A DNA stretch of 64,000 nt from a virus (Duplodnaviria > Caudoviricetes): IMG/VR virus record IMGVR_UViG_3300027708_000015; one strand, given 5' to 3'. Below, one piece after another: positions 9,801 to 21,000 of this stretch (position 1 is the first letter of the stretch; every line of letters starts with the position of its first letter). The position numbers were made by a program, and so were the translations under genes. Under the pieces are notes generated by a model that did not search any database, was not told the origin of the DNA, and saw only the letters and a list, made by a program, of their open reading frames with translations.

Positions 9801-12800
9801 GGTGCGCTAGAATAACCAGAACCATTAACACTCAAAGTCACTGTTTGAATAGCACCATTCAACACAGTACATATGGCTGTAGCACCGCTTCCACCACCAC
9901 CGACAATAACAATGCTCGGAGGTGTAAGATAATTATATCCGCCACTAACAATAGTTATACTTACAATTTGTGTAGCATAAGCACCAGTACCAACCACTGC
10001 GGTTAATACAGCACCCGTTCCGCCAAGTCCGCCAATCACTGCTGTGGCTGTAGCACCAGCACCACCACCATATACAACTCCGTTCCAAGTTGCGCTTGTG
10101 AGTGTTCCGCCATTTGCAAAAGTTTTTCCATCTGTTGACACGTTGGTAGTTGTACCCGTACCTACGGTGATATAACGCCCATTGCCAAACGCCACTGCGC
10201 CACCTGTTACAGCGTTGTTGAGTGTTCTAGCAGTTGCCAGATACCCCGGGGCAGTGTAGCTGATGCGCGGTTCAATAACATATCCAGTGGTCAAGTCTGG
10301 TCCATTATTGATTGCAACACCTGGCAATACGTGGTCCCATCCAGCGGCATACATTGCTGACCCAACAGTACCTGTAGATGTAGCACTGCCAGTTGCTGTG
10401 ATAGTCACTGCCACATTGGTCCATGGATCTCTTGCGACAGCAAATGAACTGGTTGTCAGGTTTGTTGCTAGTACAAAATATGTTGTACCAGAATCAATAC
10501 CGTTAAAACTACTGTTGAAAGTTATTGCTTGCCCAGCTGTTAGTGTATTAGTGGCTGTTATCAAGTTGTTTATAACGGCTGTTGCTGTAACGGTAACTGT
10601 GACCGCTGCCACGTTACTACCAATATTAACTGCTGAGCCAGCACCGCCTGATGTTAGACTCAACTGGAATTGCGTTGCACTAAAGTTGGCAGAATTTACA
10701 TAATACAAAGTCTGCACCGATAGCAATGAGCTGAATGCAGTATAGACATACACTGGCATACCTGTATACATACCTGCTGTGCTAGCAACTGTAAACAAAT
10801 TATTTGTTGTTGCGGCAGCGGTAATAATTAATGGTGCAAAGCTATCTTTCACAATTGTAGCAACTTTGTTACCGTTAGTAAATGTTAAAATATTTGCATA
10901 TTGTCCTACACCTGTACCAGCAGTCAATTGCACACGCATACCTGCATAGGCTCCAGTTAATGCAGTGTCAGTGGCTGCTACTACTAGTTGTCCTATCACA
11001 CTAATCTGAGCACTATTAGTTGCGGTTAAGTAGCTTGTTCCGCCAACACTAGATGTAGTGCTGTCACCATTGTCAATCAAACGAGTTTCAAATACGCCTG
11101 CATCTCTAAATTCGTCTGCCACAATAACTGTACCGTATCCTGGAGAACTCAAAGTGTGAACAGTGTTTGTGTAGTTACTACCTGCATTGGCAAATTCAAA
11201 ACGGTACACTTTATCAGTAGCATCTGTAACCACATTGGTTATTTGTGCCTGATAATATCTATTGTTCAATGTGCCATAGATAGGTGTTTCAAATGTATCA
11301 ACCCCTTCTGCAATCACACCGTATGTACCATATGAACTATTACCGTTGGTAGCACGTATACGTCCGCCCAACTCACTCAAATATCCTGAGTAACCGTAGT
11401 AGTTAAACACCGAAACAAGCTCTGCTACAGCATTACTGCCAGTTACCCAGTATCCAATGCCGTCACCGATAATAGTCGTATAGTCGTTAGCAACCATAGA
11501 ACGGTTGCCGCCGGCGTGTAATGCACCGTCAACCTTAGCACCGGTACATGCATAACCAAACATTGTACAGTTTTGTGTATAGCATGAACGAGCGTAGATC
11601 CAGCTGTTAGCATCGTTTGGTCCAAAGCCTGGATCTAAACTTGCATACGCACCAGCTGTTGGGCGACGTGTGAAGTTGGCGTTAGCGGCACTCAGCACAC
11701 CGGTTAATCCGTTCATGGTCATGTTGCGTAGACCAGTTGAATTTCGTACCAAGAACATGTTTTTAGTGGCTGATCCAGTGATAGCATTGTTGTATAACTC
11801 CACAGCTCTCATTGATTTGTAATTGCCTGGGAATTGTAAATCATATATCAATGCATTAACAATGTTTGTTGTGTCTCTCAAGCATTTGACCACACTATAA
11901 TAATACATCACAGTGGCAACGCCGTTGGCCGCAGTCCATGTACTGGTGGTTTGTGTTCCTTGACCAGATTGTACTGTTGACACAGTCAACGATGTTGTAG
12001 TTGGCACTGTCAACACATAGTAAAGTTGTGTTAATCCAGTATTGCTGTTGGTTGCAGTCAGGCCACCAAACAATCCACCCACTGTCATTGTTGCACTACC
12101 AGTGGTTGTGCTTGTTGGAGTATATAGACTGGTACTGGCTGGATATGCTGTGCTCAATGTAACAGTTGTACCGCTTATACTTCTAATGTAATATGTTGTT
12201 GCTATGCTCAAACCACCAAATACTGATCCTGTGAAAGAAACTGGCATGTTGACAACCATCCCGGTTGAACTATTAACTGTGATATTGCCGTTGGTATTTG
12301 TACCAGTAACTGTTGTTACAACAGTTGTTGCTGTAAAGTTTACAGGATCACCTGCTTTTAAATTGTGGGCCGCGGAAGTTGTAATAGTACCATCTGTTGC
12401 GGTAGTAGTTACTGTACCGCTGAAGTTTGCGGCTGTGTAGGCGCTAGCTTCATTTGCTAGGAAATTAATGTTAGCACGTAGAATTTCTGAACCTTGAACA
12501 GTGGTTTGCGTATTATCGTAAGTTAATGTTCCGTTGCGTTCTGCACCAGGAGTTGCTCCAGCAATTTGACTACTTGCATTAATAGTCACTACTGCGGACA
12601 TACCGCTGACTGTATTATTAATCACAAGGGCTGTACCACTCTTATAAGCCGAAGTGATAGTTAGTGTAGTTCCGCTAATAACTGTGTTTACATAATAAAT
12701 GTAGTTGTTCCATAATCCGCCTGCATTATTTACTATCACGTTCATAGTTGCGGCAGGAGTAGCATTATTCAATGATACGGCAGCTCCACCAAATGTGTTA

Positions 12801-15800
12801 CTAACTTGAATAGTACTAGCACTCGGGTTAATTACATAATACATCTGATTAGGTACTAAATTACCAACAACTGCACCTGTAAAGTAAATTTGCTGGCCAG
12901 CAACAATACCTAAACTTGCCGCTGTGGCAGCTAGGTTAATTACGTTTGTGCTTGTTGTTGTAGATGTTGCCGTAGTTGTAATGTTTGCTGGTAACCCTGT
13001 AAACGAAATTTGCATACCTGGCAACACGTTTGTAGTAGTTCCTACAGTTAATACGTTTGTACTTGTCGTAGCTACTGACAATGTTGTCGATACAGTTCCA
13101 TAAATTGACTGGATCATGTCGTCGATTGTAGTCTGTGCTCTAATTACAGAACCACTAGATACAATCTGTTTCATCTTATAACCAACAAAGTTTAGTGCAC
13201 CTAATGTAGCTACTAATTCGTTGTTTGAATTTGCTAATAATGCTAATGCGCTAGTGTTCAATCTATTGTAAGCACGGCCAATAGCAATACTATTAAAGTT
13301 TGACTGCAACAATAAGTCCCATGCTAGTCCTGCAGAAACTAAACCAGCATCTCTGTTGGTTAATGTTGTGCTAATAGAATATGCTTGATAGAACTTTTGT
13401 ACCCATACTTGCGCATCACTGGCAATTTCACTATTTCTAGCAGTGGCAATAGTATAAGCTGTTTGTAGTGCAGTAGAAGCCAATGCATACGCACCGCTAG
13501 TAATCGGAGTAATAGTTGAGTTTCCGGTGATAGTTGTGCTTGATACTGTTTGGCTTACACTTACCAAGTATGTGCCAGTTCCGCCTGCTGTGTAGAAGTT
13601 GTATGTTCCGCTGCCTGTTGCAATAAAATTGCTTGGATATCCCCAGTAGTTAACTAGAGTGATAGTTGTGCCAGCAGTATAAGTTGAAATAACATATGAG
13701 CCTGCTGGGACATTGGTACCTGTTACCAGTTGTCCAGCTAGTATACCAGTTGCACTACTGACAACAAATGTGTTTGTACCAGTTGTGCCACCGCTTGATA
13801 AAGTTGGACTGGCAATTGCAGTTACACCAGTTGATTGATTTACAATGTATGTTGGCGTACTTACACCAGTACCGGTAAGTAGCATTCCTGGTACTAGTGT
13901 TCCATTGGTAACTGCTGATACGGTTAGTGTTCCGCCAGCAGTTGTAGCAATACTACCAGTTACTGCTGAAGTACTTGTATTGGCAAATCCGTTGTTTATC
14001 CAGTAGATTACGTCCTGCACACGAGCCGCCGCAAAGGCTGCCGCGGCAGCTGATCCTGCTGTACCACTAGTTGATTGTGTTGCTGTATAAGGAGCAGTTT
14101 GTGATGTTGCAGTAACGCTTGTAGCTGTTACGATCTGACTGATAATACCTGCTACACGCTGTAAAGAAGCCACGGTTGATGGCAAATAAGAAGCTCTAAT
14201 TTGAAGAATATTTAATGAGTAGTATGCGCTACCATTAATAAGACTTTGATTATTACAACCATAAGTCATGTCATACTGTAGGCCGTCCAATATAAATCCA
14301 ACGTCACGCAATGTTTCTGCTTGTAAGGATGCGCCAAATGCAGTCCATTGGGTGGAGTAATTTGTGCTTAAAAAGTTAGCCACTTCATACTTAATGAATG
14401 TATAGTTATTCTTGATTTGAGTTGCGCCATCACCAAAGCCTGCTAAGAAACTTGTGTTATATCCTGTTGGGTTTGTAAAGCTGAACGGAGGAGTCGCTTG
14501 ATAGCCGTTATTAATCATGTCTTGCACTGTGGCAATGCCAGTCATCACAGAATTCACTGCCGATTGACTACCTGTATCGCCTGCTGGCAATGTGGTAATC
14601 TGCGTTTGTGTATTGCCGGTAGTAGCAGTTACAGTAGAGTTAGCCAATAGTGTTGGCAATATTGCTTGAATACGTGCAAGAGATGCTACTGATTTAGGTT
14701 TGTCAGTCGCTAAATTAAGATTAGCTGCCGCTGGTTGAACGATAGTGCTACGAAGTTCGTCACCAACTATGGCGGTGTATGATGGTACAACAATAGGTAA
14801 CACTTCATTATAAGTGCCAGTTTTTACGCTGATTGTGGTAGCTGGTGTCACTACTGCCGGCAATTGACTGGTATTTCCTAATGCCATAGCATTGGTTAGA
14901 ATAGTGCTCAATGATGTGATTGTTGATATTGCAACAGATTCCACACTTGAAGTAGCAACACTTGTTGTATTTTGAATTGCTCTAGAACCAGAACTGATTC
15001 CGTTCAACGCTTGATAGTTGTTGGCAGGTGCCGAGTTGGCTAGTATCTTACCTATCAGGCTCAGTAGATAAGTCTGTGCTCCAATAAACTGTGTAATTTC
15101 ATATTTTACAAAATTGTTGATGTAATCAGAACCCGCAGTGTTAAAGAACAACAGCGTATTAAGATTTGTATTGTACGTACCGCCGTGGCTTAGATCAAAT
15201 ACAAATCCATCAATTGTAAATCCTGCATCTCTTTCAATTTCTGTTGGCAGTGATGTGTAATATTTTGCTACAGCAGTGCCAGTACCGGCAGCAGTCAATG
15301 CTGTTCCGCCATAAGTACTGGCAACTGTGAAGCTGGTATTTGCTACAATAGCTTTGATGTAATAAACAGTAGTACTGGGAATAGCAGCCGCTGTTAGTGT
15401 CAAACTACCTGTTTGGGCAGTAAATGTGACTGGCATACCCACATTTAAGCCTGCTGTATTGGCTGTAAGGAATGCTCCTCCAGAAGTACCAGTTACACTG
15501 GCTTGATATGTGTAGGTAACATAATTGCTGACTTCTTTCAATAAGAATTGCTTGTTAACTGCAAGTAATAAACTGGCATTGGGGTTTAGATATCCGTTTT
15601 CAATTTGATAACATGCATATCTGATTGTGGCCCACGGCTTGTCAATTGTAGTTCCTTGACCGTTGGCCAATGTATCTACACCAGCTGGACTGACGTAAAC
15701 AATGTTGTTGATCTGTCCGTAATATTGCCATGCTGGTGTAGTATTGTTTACACGCAGGATTTGCCCGTCTGTACCAATTGGCAACCGAGTTGGTCCATTA

Positions 15801-17992
15801 GCACCGTAATAAAATGTGTCACCTTGTGTGGTCAATACACTTGACTCAGCACCGCTGGCCAATAAATTCCAGTATGTGCCAGTTACATCGTTATCTGGGC
15901 GATTGCCGGTTGCACTGACATGTGCCAGTACACAAGTATAACTGCTAACGCCCCACAGCACAGTATCTCCAGCTACGTAGGTTACACTAGTACTCCAGCT
16001 GACTGAAATACCAGTTGATGAAAATACTGTAATCACTCCACTACTTGTTCCAGTAACTGTGATTGTTAAGTCATTGGCAGGACTTAATCCGCCTAAACTT
16101 GTACCTAAGATCTTTATGGTATCACTGTTGGCATATCCACTGCCGCCTGCATTAAGTGTCACAGTGTAAATTGTATTCTTTGCAGTTACGTTCCAAGTCG
16201 CACTAGTTCCAGATCCAATAATATTGGTACCGGCTACCGCTGAATAAGAATTGTTTGTCGGATTCCATTTGAATCCCGAATTCAACTGACTCCAATATGT
16301 GGTAAATGGTGGTTTAGGATTGGTAGTGCCTGCACTTGTACCTGTAGCAGATACTAACGCAAAAGCTGTTCCACTAAACTGTGTTGCAGTTACAGTAAAA
16401 TGCGAACTGTCTGGGATCGTATTTACATAATATTGGCCAGTGGTCAACAAATTACCCAATGCTGTTCCAAATGTAATTGGTAATCCCACAATCAAGTTTG
16501 CAGTTGTTGCTGAAACTGTTCCGCCTGAACTACTTGCCGGACTTCCAGTCAGTGTATATTGCACCTGTGTTACACTTGGTGTTCCTGTTACAATAAATGT
16601 ACCGTTGTAAGCGGTATTAGTCACACCGGCAACTACAATAGTTTGTCCTGCAACAAACGGAATTTGTGATTGTGAAGCATAAGTTAGTGTAGCAGTAGTT
16701 GATGTAACACTGGCACCAGTAATAGTAATACCTGCGGCTATAGTGATTTGATTAGGGCGAGTACCGTCACTAGAAACTGTTGTAGCAATAGCTTGAACAA
16801 GTTGTACAGTGTTATCAAGTGCCGCCACATATGTATATCCACTAACACGGGCAACATCACCAATTCTGTAACTGTTTGATCCAGACCAATCACCACGGAA
16901 ATTAAATCCAGTGGTAAATGGTTGCCAATACCCTGTAGCAGTACTAGGAGTTTGTCCGTTTCCGTTTTGTATAGCAGTGTAAGTGTAGCCGCCATACGTG
17001 ACCATGTCACCTATAACATAGTTTGTCGTTGAATTCCAACTGTTTGAAAATTCAAAACCGTTAACAAAAATACTAAATTTAGTTACATCTAATACAGTTC
17101 CCGTTGACGTATGTGCAGTTGTACAAATCCATAGATCGGCGCCATAGGTAACAACATCATTTAGGCGATATGTTACACTGCTACCACTCCATGTTTGGCG
17201 ATATATAATTCCTGCATTGAATGTGTCCCATTTAGAAAGATCTGCTTCTAGGCCTAGGGCAACTGTGTTGGCACTGACGTGAGCAGTATTACAAACGTAT
17301 GTATAGCCACCGTTGGTGACTAGGTCACGAACTTTATATCGATAGTTGGTAGACCAGCCCTGAGACCAATTAAAGTTACTGGCAAAGGCTACCCACTTGC
17401 TTTGGTCTTGCTCGAGTCCTAGCTGACTTGTACCAGACACTGTACCCAAGATTGATACAGTATATGTGCCAGTTATTGCAAATGTAATTTGTGTTGTTGT
17501 ACAACTTGCAACTGTAAATGTTGAGTTAACTGTACTAGGAGTGCTAGTAGTACTTGGGCTGAATCCTGAAAGAGTAACAGTTGATCCGACAAGGAATGGT
17601 TGAACTACTTGGCTGGCATAAGTCAAGGTTGCTGTTCCTGCAAAAACTGTAAATCCTGTCGCAGTTATTGTAGCTGTTGATGCTGTGCTAGTATGCGAGG
17701 TTAAGCATTGATAAACTACGCCGCCGTATGATACTTGGTCGCTAACATTATAGTATGTTCCATTTGACCATGCTCCGATCCATTTTGCTCCGTCGGCAAT
17801 CAAATTCCAGTTGGTAGGATTGTAAGCTAAATCTGTAGCAAACCCTGTTGCTGAGTTTGTAGAAGTATGACTAACTACGCAAATATACGTTTTACCGCTT
17901 ACAGTAACCACGTCGTCAACTACATATGCGTTGTTTTGTGCCCAAGGACCTTGGTACACAAACTTAATTCTACCTAGTTTAAATTCTGCCAT
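6887..17992 (-). CDS. Giant virion fibre/adhesin protein (3701 aa)
   Basis: N-terminal CBM5/12-like repeats (W...Y...DxVxYGG.xYxC...HTS), a beta-helix-like block (GLRNMT..GNRSMVANDYT..RATNGN), YGNG/W propeller-like repeats, and C-terminal GRVFFTSTDQDGNF; SD GAGGA. Confidence 0.8.
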   Translation of the reverse strand: MAEFKLGRIKFVYQGPWAQNNAYVVDDVVTVSGKTYICVVSHTSTNSATGFATDLAYNPTNWNLIADGAKWIGAWSNGTYYNVSDQVSYGGVVYQCLTSHTSTASTATITATGFTVFAGTATLTYASQVVQPFLVGSTVTLSGFSPSTTSTPSTVNSTFTVASCTTTQITFAITGTYTVSILGTVSGTSQLGLEQDQSKWVAFASNFNWSQGWSTNYRYKVRDLVTNGGYTYVCNTAHVSANTVALGLEADLSKWDTFNAGIIYRQTWSGSSVTYRLNDVVTYGADLWICTTAHTSTGTVLDVTKFSIFVNGFEFSNSWNSTTNYVIGDMVTYGGYTYTAIQNGNGQTPSTATGYWQPFTTGFNFRGDWSGSNSYRIGDVARVSGYTYVAALDNTVQLVQAIATTVSSDGTRPNQITIAAGITITGASVTSTTATLTYASQSQIPFVAGQTIVVAGVTNTAYNGTFIVTGTPSVTQVQYTLTGSPASSSGGTVSATTANLIVGLPITFGTALGNLLTTGQYYVNTIPDSSHFTVTATQFSGTAFALVSATGTSAGTTNPKPPFTTYWSQLNSGFKWNPTNNSYSAVAGTNIIGSGTSATWNVTAKNTIYTVTLNAGGSGYANSDTIKILGTSLGGLSPANDLTITVTGTSSGVITVFSSTGISVSWSTSVTYVAGDTVLWGVSSYTCVLAHVSATGNRPDNDVTGTYWNLLASGAESSVLTTQGDTFYYGANGPTRLPIGTDGQILRVNNTTPAWQYYGQINNIVYVSPAGVDTLANGQGTTIDKPWATIRYACYQIENGYLNPNASLLLAVNKQFLLKEVSNYVTYTYQASVTGTSGGAFLTANTAGLNVGMPVTFTAQTGSLTLTAAAIPSTTVYYIKAIVANTSFTVASTYGGTALTAAGTGTAVAKYYTSLPTEIERDAGFTIDGFVFDLSHGGTYNTNLNTLLFFNTAGSDYINNFVKYEITQFIGAQTYLLSLIGKILANSAPANNYQALNGISSGSRAIQNTTSVATSSVESVAISTITSLSTILTNAMALGNTSQLPAVVTPATTISVKTGTYNEVLPIVVPSYTAIVGDELRSTIVQPAAANLNLATDKPKSVASLARIQAILPTLLANSTVTATTGNTQTQITTLPAGDTGSQSAVNSVMTGIATVQDMINNGYQATPPFSFTNPTGYNTSFLAGFGDGATQIKNNYTFIKYEVANFLSTNYSTQWTAFGASLQAETLRDVGFILDGLQYDMTYGCNNQSLINGSAYYSLNILQIRASYLPSTVASLQRVAGIISQIVTATSVTATSQTAPYTATQSTSGTAGSAAAAAFAAARVQDVIYWINNGFANTSTSAVTGSIATTAGGTLTVSAVTNGTLVPGMLLTGTGVSTPTYIVNQSTGVTAIASPTLSSGGTTGTNTFVVSSATGILAGQLVTGTNVPAGSYVISTYTAGTTITLVNYWGYPSNFIATGSGTYNFYTAGGTGTYLVSVSQTVSSTTITGNSTITPITSGAYALASTALQTAYTIATARNSEIASDAQVWVQKFYQAYSISTTLTNRDAGLVSAGLAWDLLLQSNFNSIAIGRAYNRLNTSALALLANSNNELVATLGALNFVGYKMKQIVSSGSVIRAQTTIDDMIQSIYGTVSTTLSVATTSTNVLTVGTTTNVLPGMQISFTGLPANITTTATSTTTSTNVINLAATAASLGIVAGQQIYFTGAVVGNLVPNQMYYVINPSASTIQVSNTFGGAAVSLNNATPAATMNVIVNNAGGLWNNYIYYVNTVISGTTLTITSAYKSGTALVINNTVSGMSAVVTINASSQIAGATPGAERNGTLTYDNTQTTVQGSEILRANINFLANEASAYTAANFSGTVTTTATDGTITTSAAHNLKAGDPVNFTATTVVTTVTGTNTNGNITVNSSTGMVVNMPVSFTGSVFGGLSIATTYYIRSISGTTVTLSTAYPASTSLYTPTSTTTGSATMTVGGLFGGLTATNSNTGLTQLYYVLTVPTTTSLTVSTVQSGQGTQTTSTWTAANGVATVMYYYSVVKCLRDTTNIVNALIYDLQFPGNYKSMRAVELYNNAITGSATKNMFLVRNSTGLRNMTMNGLTGVLSAANANFTRRPTAGAYASLDPGFGPNDANSWIYARSCYTQNCTMFGYACTGAKVDGALHAGGNRSMVANDYTTIIGDGIGYWVTGSNAVAELVSVFNYYGYSGYLSELGGRIRATNGNSSYGTYGVIAEGVDTFETPIYGTLNNRYYQAQITNVVTDATDKVYRFEFANAGSNYTNTVHTLSSPGYGTVIVADEFRDAGVFETRLIDNGDSTTSSVGGTSYLTATNSAQISVIGQLVVAATDTALTGAYAGMRVQLTAGTGVGQYANILTFTNGNKVATIVKDSFAPLIITAAATTNNLFTVASTAGMYTGMPVYVYTAFSSLLSVQTLYYVNSANFSATQFQLSLTSGGAGSAVNIGSNVAAVTVTVTATAVINNLITATNTLTAGQAITFNSSFNGIDSGTTYFVLATNLTTSSFAVARDPWTNVAVTITATGSATSTGTVGSAMYAAGWDHVLPGVAINNGPDLTTGYVIEPRISYTAPGYLATARTLNNAVTGGAVAFGNGRYITVGTGTTTNVSTDGKTFANGGTLTSATWNGVVYGGGAGATATAVIGGLGGTGAVLTAVVGTGAYATQIVSITIVSGGYNYLTPPSIVIVGGGGSGATAICTVLNGAIQTVTLSVNGSGYSSAPTVTANTSILASITANQYGRNYFSSPQITVSQPQGLSPTAYPQSASATQGTYYQTAAGRIYLCITAGTTSATIPSFDYTTTSGYTNIQNGSAYFTYIATQAQVASPTLTNNGVSALPLSVAGYGYTSTPTVTITDTSAKFVAISNSASTSTNTSYSSNNGTSWTNTTTTVLNLRSLAYGNGVYVAVGGASGTATAVSTSDIVSGWTNRSSNITALVSGYYSAVTYGGSYFVAVQNGALITSVTQNANTWTQGANLPSGFTDAVSIAYGNNRYVVLGTSGKIAYSINNGGTQSVAGWTTAPSCTGTTTSVLSSTYTWTAITYGQGQFVAVAQGTVAATSWDGINWYRTTLPTSTNWGSIAFGNPISATLGAQPLFVAVTTQGTTAAASIRTGTQPLGRMKAASGVITEIRMVEPGSGFAKGNVSSTVAQTTVTVNSSSGTTITLSASATLTVGAPITFASAVGSISASPVVYYVQASSGTSLSVATTPTGSAATAGTTSALTVVATVQPVLVVDDTTNMPTSIANNYPVEFSVASGTLTTNTTYYVIGSSVGASTFQVTATSGSTTPVALTSTTPTGMIYTVGPLVQQFDTNRVKTAATRVRTGNGILGNPSITNKGAGNATGTVSTLGDGYSDLFQNSAYINVAGLYSMPSPGANVQFGTTYTGVPWTANTVVRTGVQLIATNSVVVGSTTTYYYNVYTVSNGGTTGSTAPTSTGSSVSDGTATLSYVGQNPNTWYKLVTISNQLGIAGNYTATFQVNPALTTATAGVHNTTITTRLKYSQVRLTGHDFLYIGTGNQTQTNYPYVNAANAIQANQQYPVAGGRVFFTSTDQDGNFNVGNLFGVQQSTGTATLNASAFNLAGLQSLTLGAINLGVGSATITQFSTDPYFTANSDNIVPTQKAIKSYITAQIGGGSSSLNVNTLTAGQVYIANNSIGLAATVTGTTTINVTSKMNFTGGIDGAPVALIFFGQK

Positions 17993-18012
17993 TTTATTTT
18001 ATTCCTCTAGTC

Positions 18013-18020
18013 TATTTATC
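18013..18020 (-). promoter_or_regulatory. Late promoter GATAAATA
   Basis: Intergenic NNTAAATA 20 nt upstream of the 3701-aa gene. Confidence 0.6.
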
Positions 18021-18037
18021 TTAAATTAATTTATAGG

Positions 18038-21000
18038 TTATTGTGATCGTGCAAATGCAGTTCTAGCAAAGAAACTCAGTGCCGGCAAATTACCGTCAAC
18101 TGCGGCATTAGGACCTGTAAAATTTGCTAAGGCTGAGAACCTTACATTCGATCCTATCACTCCTGCAGGTATAGTTGACCTAATAAAGTTTGGACCGCCA
18201 ACTACAACAGTACCTGCTGTCAGCTGTCCTGTAAATGTGTTTGATCCGCCTGCTGATAGTCGATCTGTTAGATACTTCTTGATTGCTTTCTGTGTAGGGA
18301 TTACATTATCACTATTAGCCGTAAACGTACTGTCAGTGCTGAACTGGTTGACAACAACACTTGATCCGCCTACTGCAATACCGCCTAAGCTCAGACTGCT
18401 CAATCCGCTCAATCCAAATTGACTTGCACTTAGGGTAACAATACCAGTGGCTTGTTGTACTCCAAACAAGTTACCAACTTTGAAGTTACCGTCTTGGTCA
18501 GTTGACGTAAAGAACACACGCCCATAGTTGGCTTCAACTGATTGGTTATTTTGGGCAGCCGCATAGGCGCCCACTGGAAAGCCAGGATAGTTACTGTTGA
18601 TAAAATCTCCGTAGCCAATATTTAAAAAATCGTGTCCAGTCAATCGTGCCTGACTATATTTGCTACGTATACTTACAGTTGTTCCGTTGGCAGTGGCGTT
18701 AGCTGTGCTAATACTTGGACTTACGCTTACGTTAGCTTCTAAGTTAGGAGCAACGGTATTAAACACACTGTATGCACTAGTGACTTTGAAAATTTGGCTG
18801 ACTCCGGTAATAGTCAAGTTATCACCTGGGCTAGGCAGTCTTGTTAGATTATTCAAAATTATCTGTAAACCTGTTTGATACTGATCTGCATATCCGTTAC
18901 CTGTTACAATTACTGAAGTAGAATTAGTATTGTATCCAGTTCCTCTATTGGCAAAGGTTGGACTACTTAACACTCCGTTGGCTATGCGTGGACTGATGCT
19001 GGCTAGTGTGGTCACATTAGGGTCCACAAAAGATACAGATGGTGCCACGCTATATCCAGAACCAGGTTCAAACAAGTTAAGACTTGTAATTATATTTGAT
19101 GCAATACTGGCTCGAGCCTTGGTTTGACAGCCTGCACTGATAACACTTCCTGTGTTTCTTCCTGCTAGAGTAGAGAATACTCCATTATATTGGGTGGCGC
19201 CAGATGCTCCAACGAATCCAAATGCCATTGCACTGTAGCCATCATTTGAAACTGTTCGAGATTTCCAGTCAAATCCATTTTCGCTTGTGTATGCTGTTGT
19301 ACTTGATGCAGATACTGTAACAAATACTCCTTGTCCGTAACTGATTTTATCTGCAGAAATAATATTGTTTGCCGCATACCACACTACGCCGTCTTGCGAA
19401 TATACAGGAGTTGCACCCGTGCCGGTAGCAACTGCTACAAACAGACCGTTTCCATATGCGACTGAACTCCAAGCACCGCTAGCAGGTAATGTAACGCTGA
19501 TCCATGTGGCTCCAGTCGCGCTGTATGCGGCAATGGTGGCTGTTGTAGTTACAGGAGTGCCTGTAAATGTAACTGAACCAACGGCATTGCTACTGGTAGG
19601 ATTCACTCCACTAATTGTGATAAGAATATCATTGGCTGGGGTTGTGCCGCCCACGCTGGTTCCAAGAACTTTCACAGTGTCACCCACTGTATAACCGCTG
19701 CCGCCGTTGGCCACAGTAACAGTGTATGCAGAAGGATTTACAACCACATTAAAAGTTGCACTTGTACCAGTAGCTACCACTACTTGAGAGGCCACGCCTG
19801 CGTATCTTACTCCGCTTGCTAGGGCAACAAATCGTCCACCAGTTACATTGTTAGGTGCAGACCCTCCGTAAGTCATACACGACCAAGGTGCGGATGACGG
19901 CAGTGTTGCAGAGGTCCATGAGATTCCATAGTTAGTACTATAAATTGCATTGTTTGTATTTGATGCTATCACACTAAATGTACCGTTGCCGTAGGCAATA
20001 CTACTCCAAGAGTTTGTTGGTGCAGAAGTCACAGTTCGCCAGCCAGCTCCATTAGATTTTGAAATTGCAAATGTGCTATTAGATACACCACCACTTGAAA
20101 TTATCACCCAGTATCCGTTGCCATATGCTATGCCAACAAAACTAGATCCTGGTAAAGTGATACTAGTCCAAGTTGTTCCGTCACTGGATCCAGCTGCCAC
20201 TGTGCCGGAACTGGCCAATGCTATCCAATAACCGTTGCCGTGCGCCATAGTGGCGTATGTGGTCCCTAAAGATAGTGCTACTACTGAAGTTGCAACTGAC
20301 TGTGTAAATGCAGGTTGCGTAAAGGTTGTTCTTGGTTCAATAAAATACTGTGACGAGCTATCTAGTGCTACGACCGGCTGTGTACCTGGATTGATATGGT
20401 CCCAACCCACCGCGGCAATACTCATTGATCCAGTTTTGTCAGCAAGACTTATTGGGCTAGCACTTGTACTGGTTCCTGAAATTGTTCCGGTATTAAGTGC
20501 TACTGAGAAGTGTAATGAATCGGGAATTGATTGAATATAATATGTCTGGCCTATTTGCGGACCACCGAATAGCTGAGTTGAGAACGTGGCATTCATACTG
20601 CCAATACCTAGAGACAATGAGGTCTTTGCAGAAGTTGATGATAGTGTCATCGTGCCGCCTGTGGCTGTAGTAACCTGAGTTGCTTGTGGACAAGTTGTTG
20701 CAGTCATATAGCCAGTAGTAGTAGCAGTACATTGAACTACTGCCTGTCCTGGCAATGTGGTAATAGTAAACGTTGTAGCGTTATTGATAGCTGAAATATA
20801 ATAAGTTGACTCGGGAGAAATGGTATTTATGGCGGCTCCGACAAACCTAATTGGATGATCTTGTTGAAATCCGGTAGTACTGGAAACAGTAATCAAGTTT
20901 GTACCTGCTTCAAATCTAGTTACAGTTACTGATATAATTGTTGTGGATATTGCAATTGTTGTGCTGTTGAGAATTTTGGCAATGTAATATTTTTGTGAAT

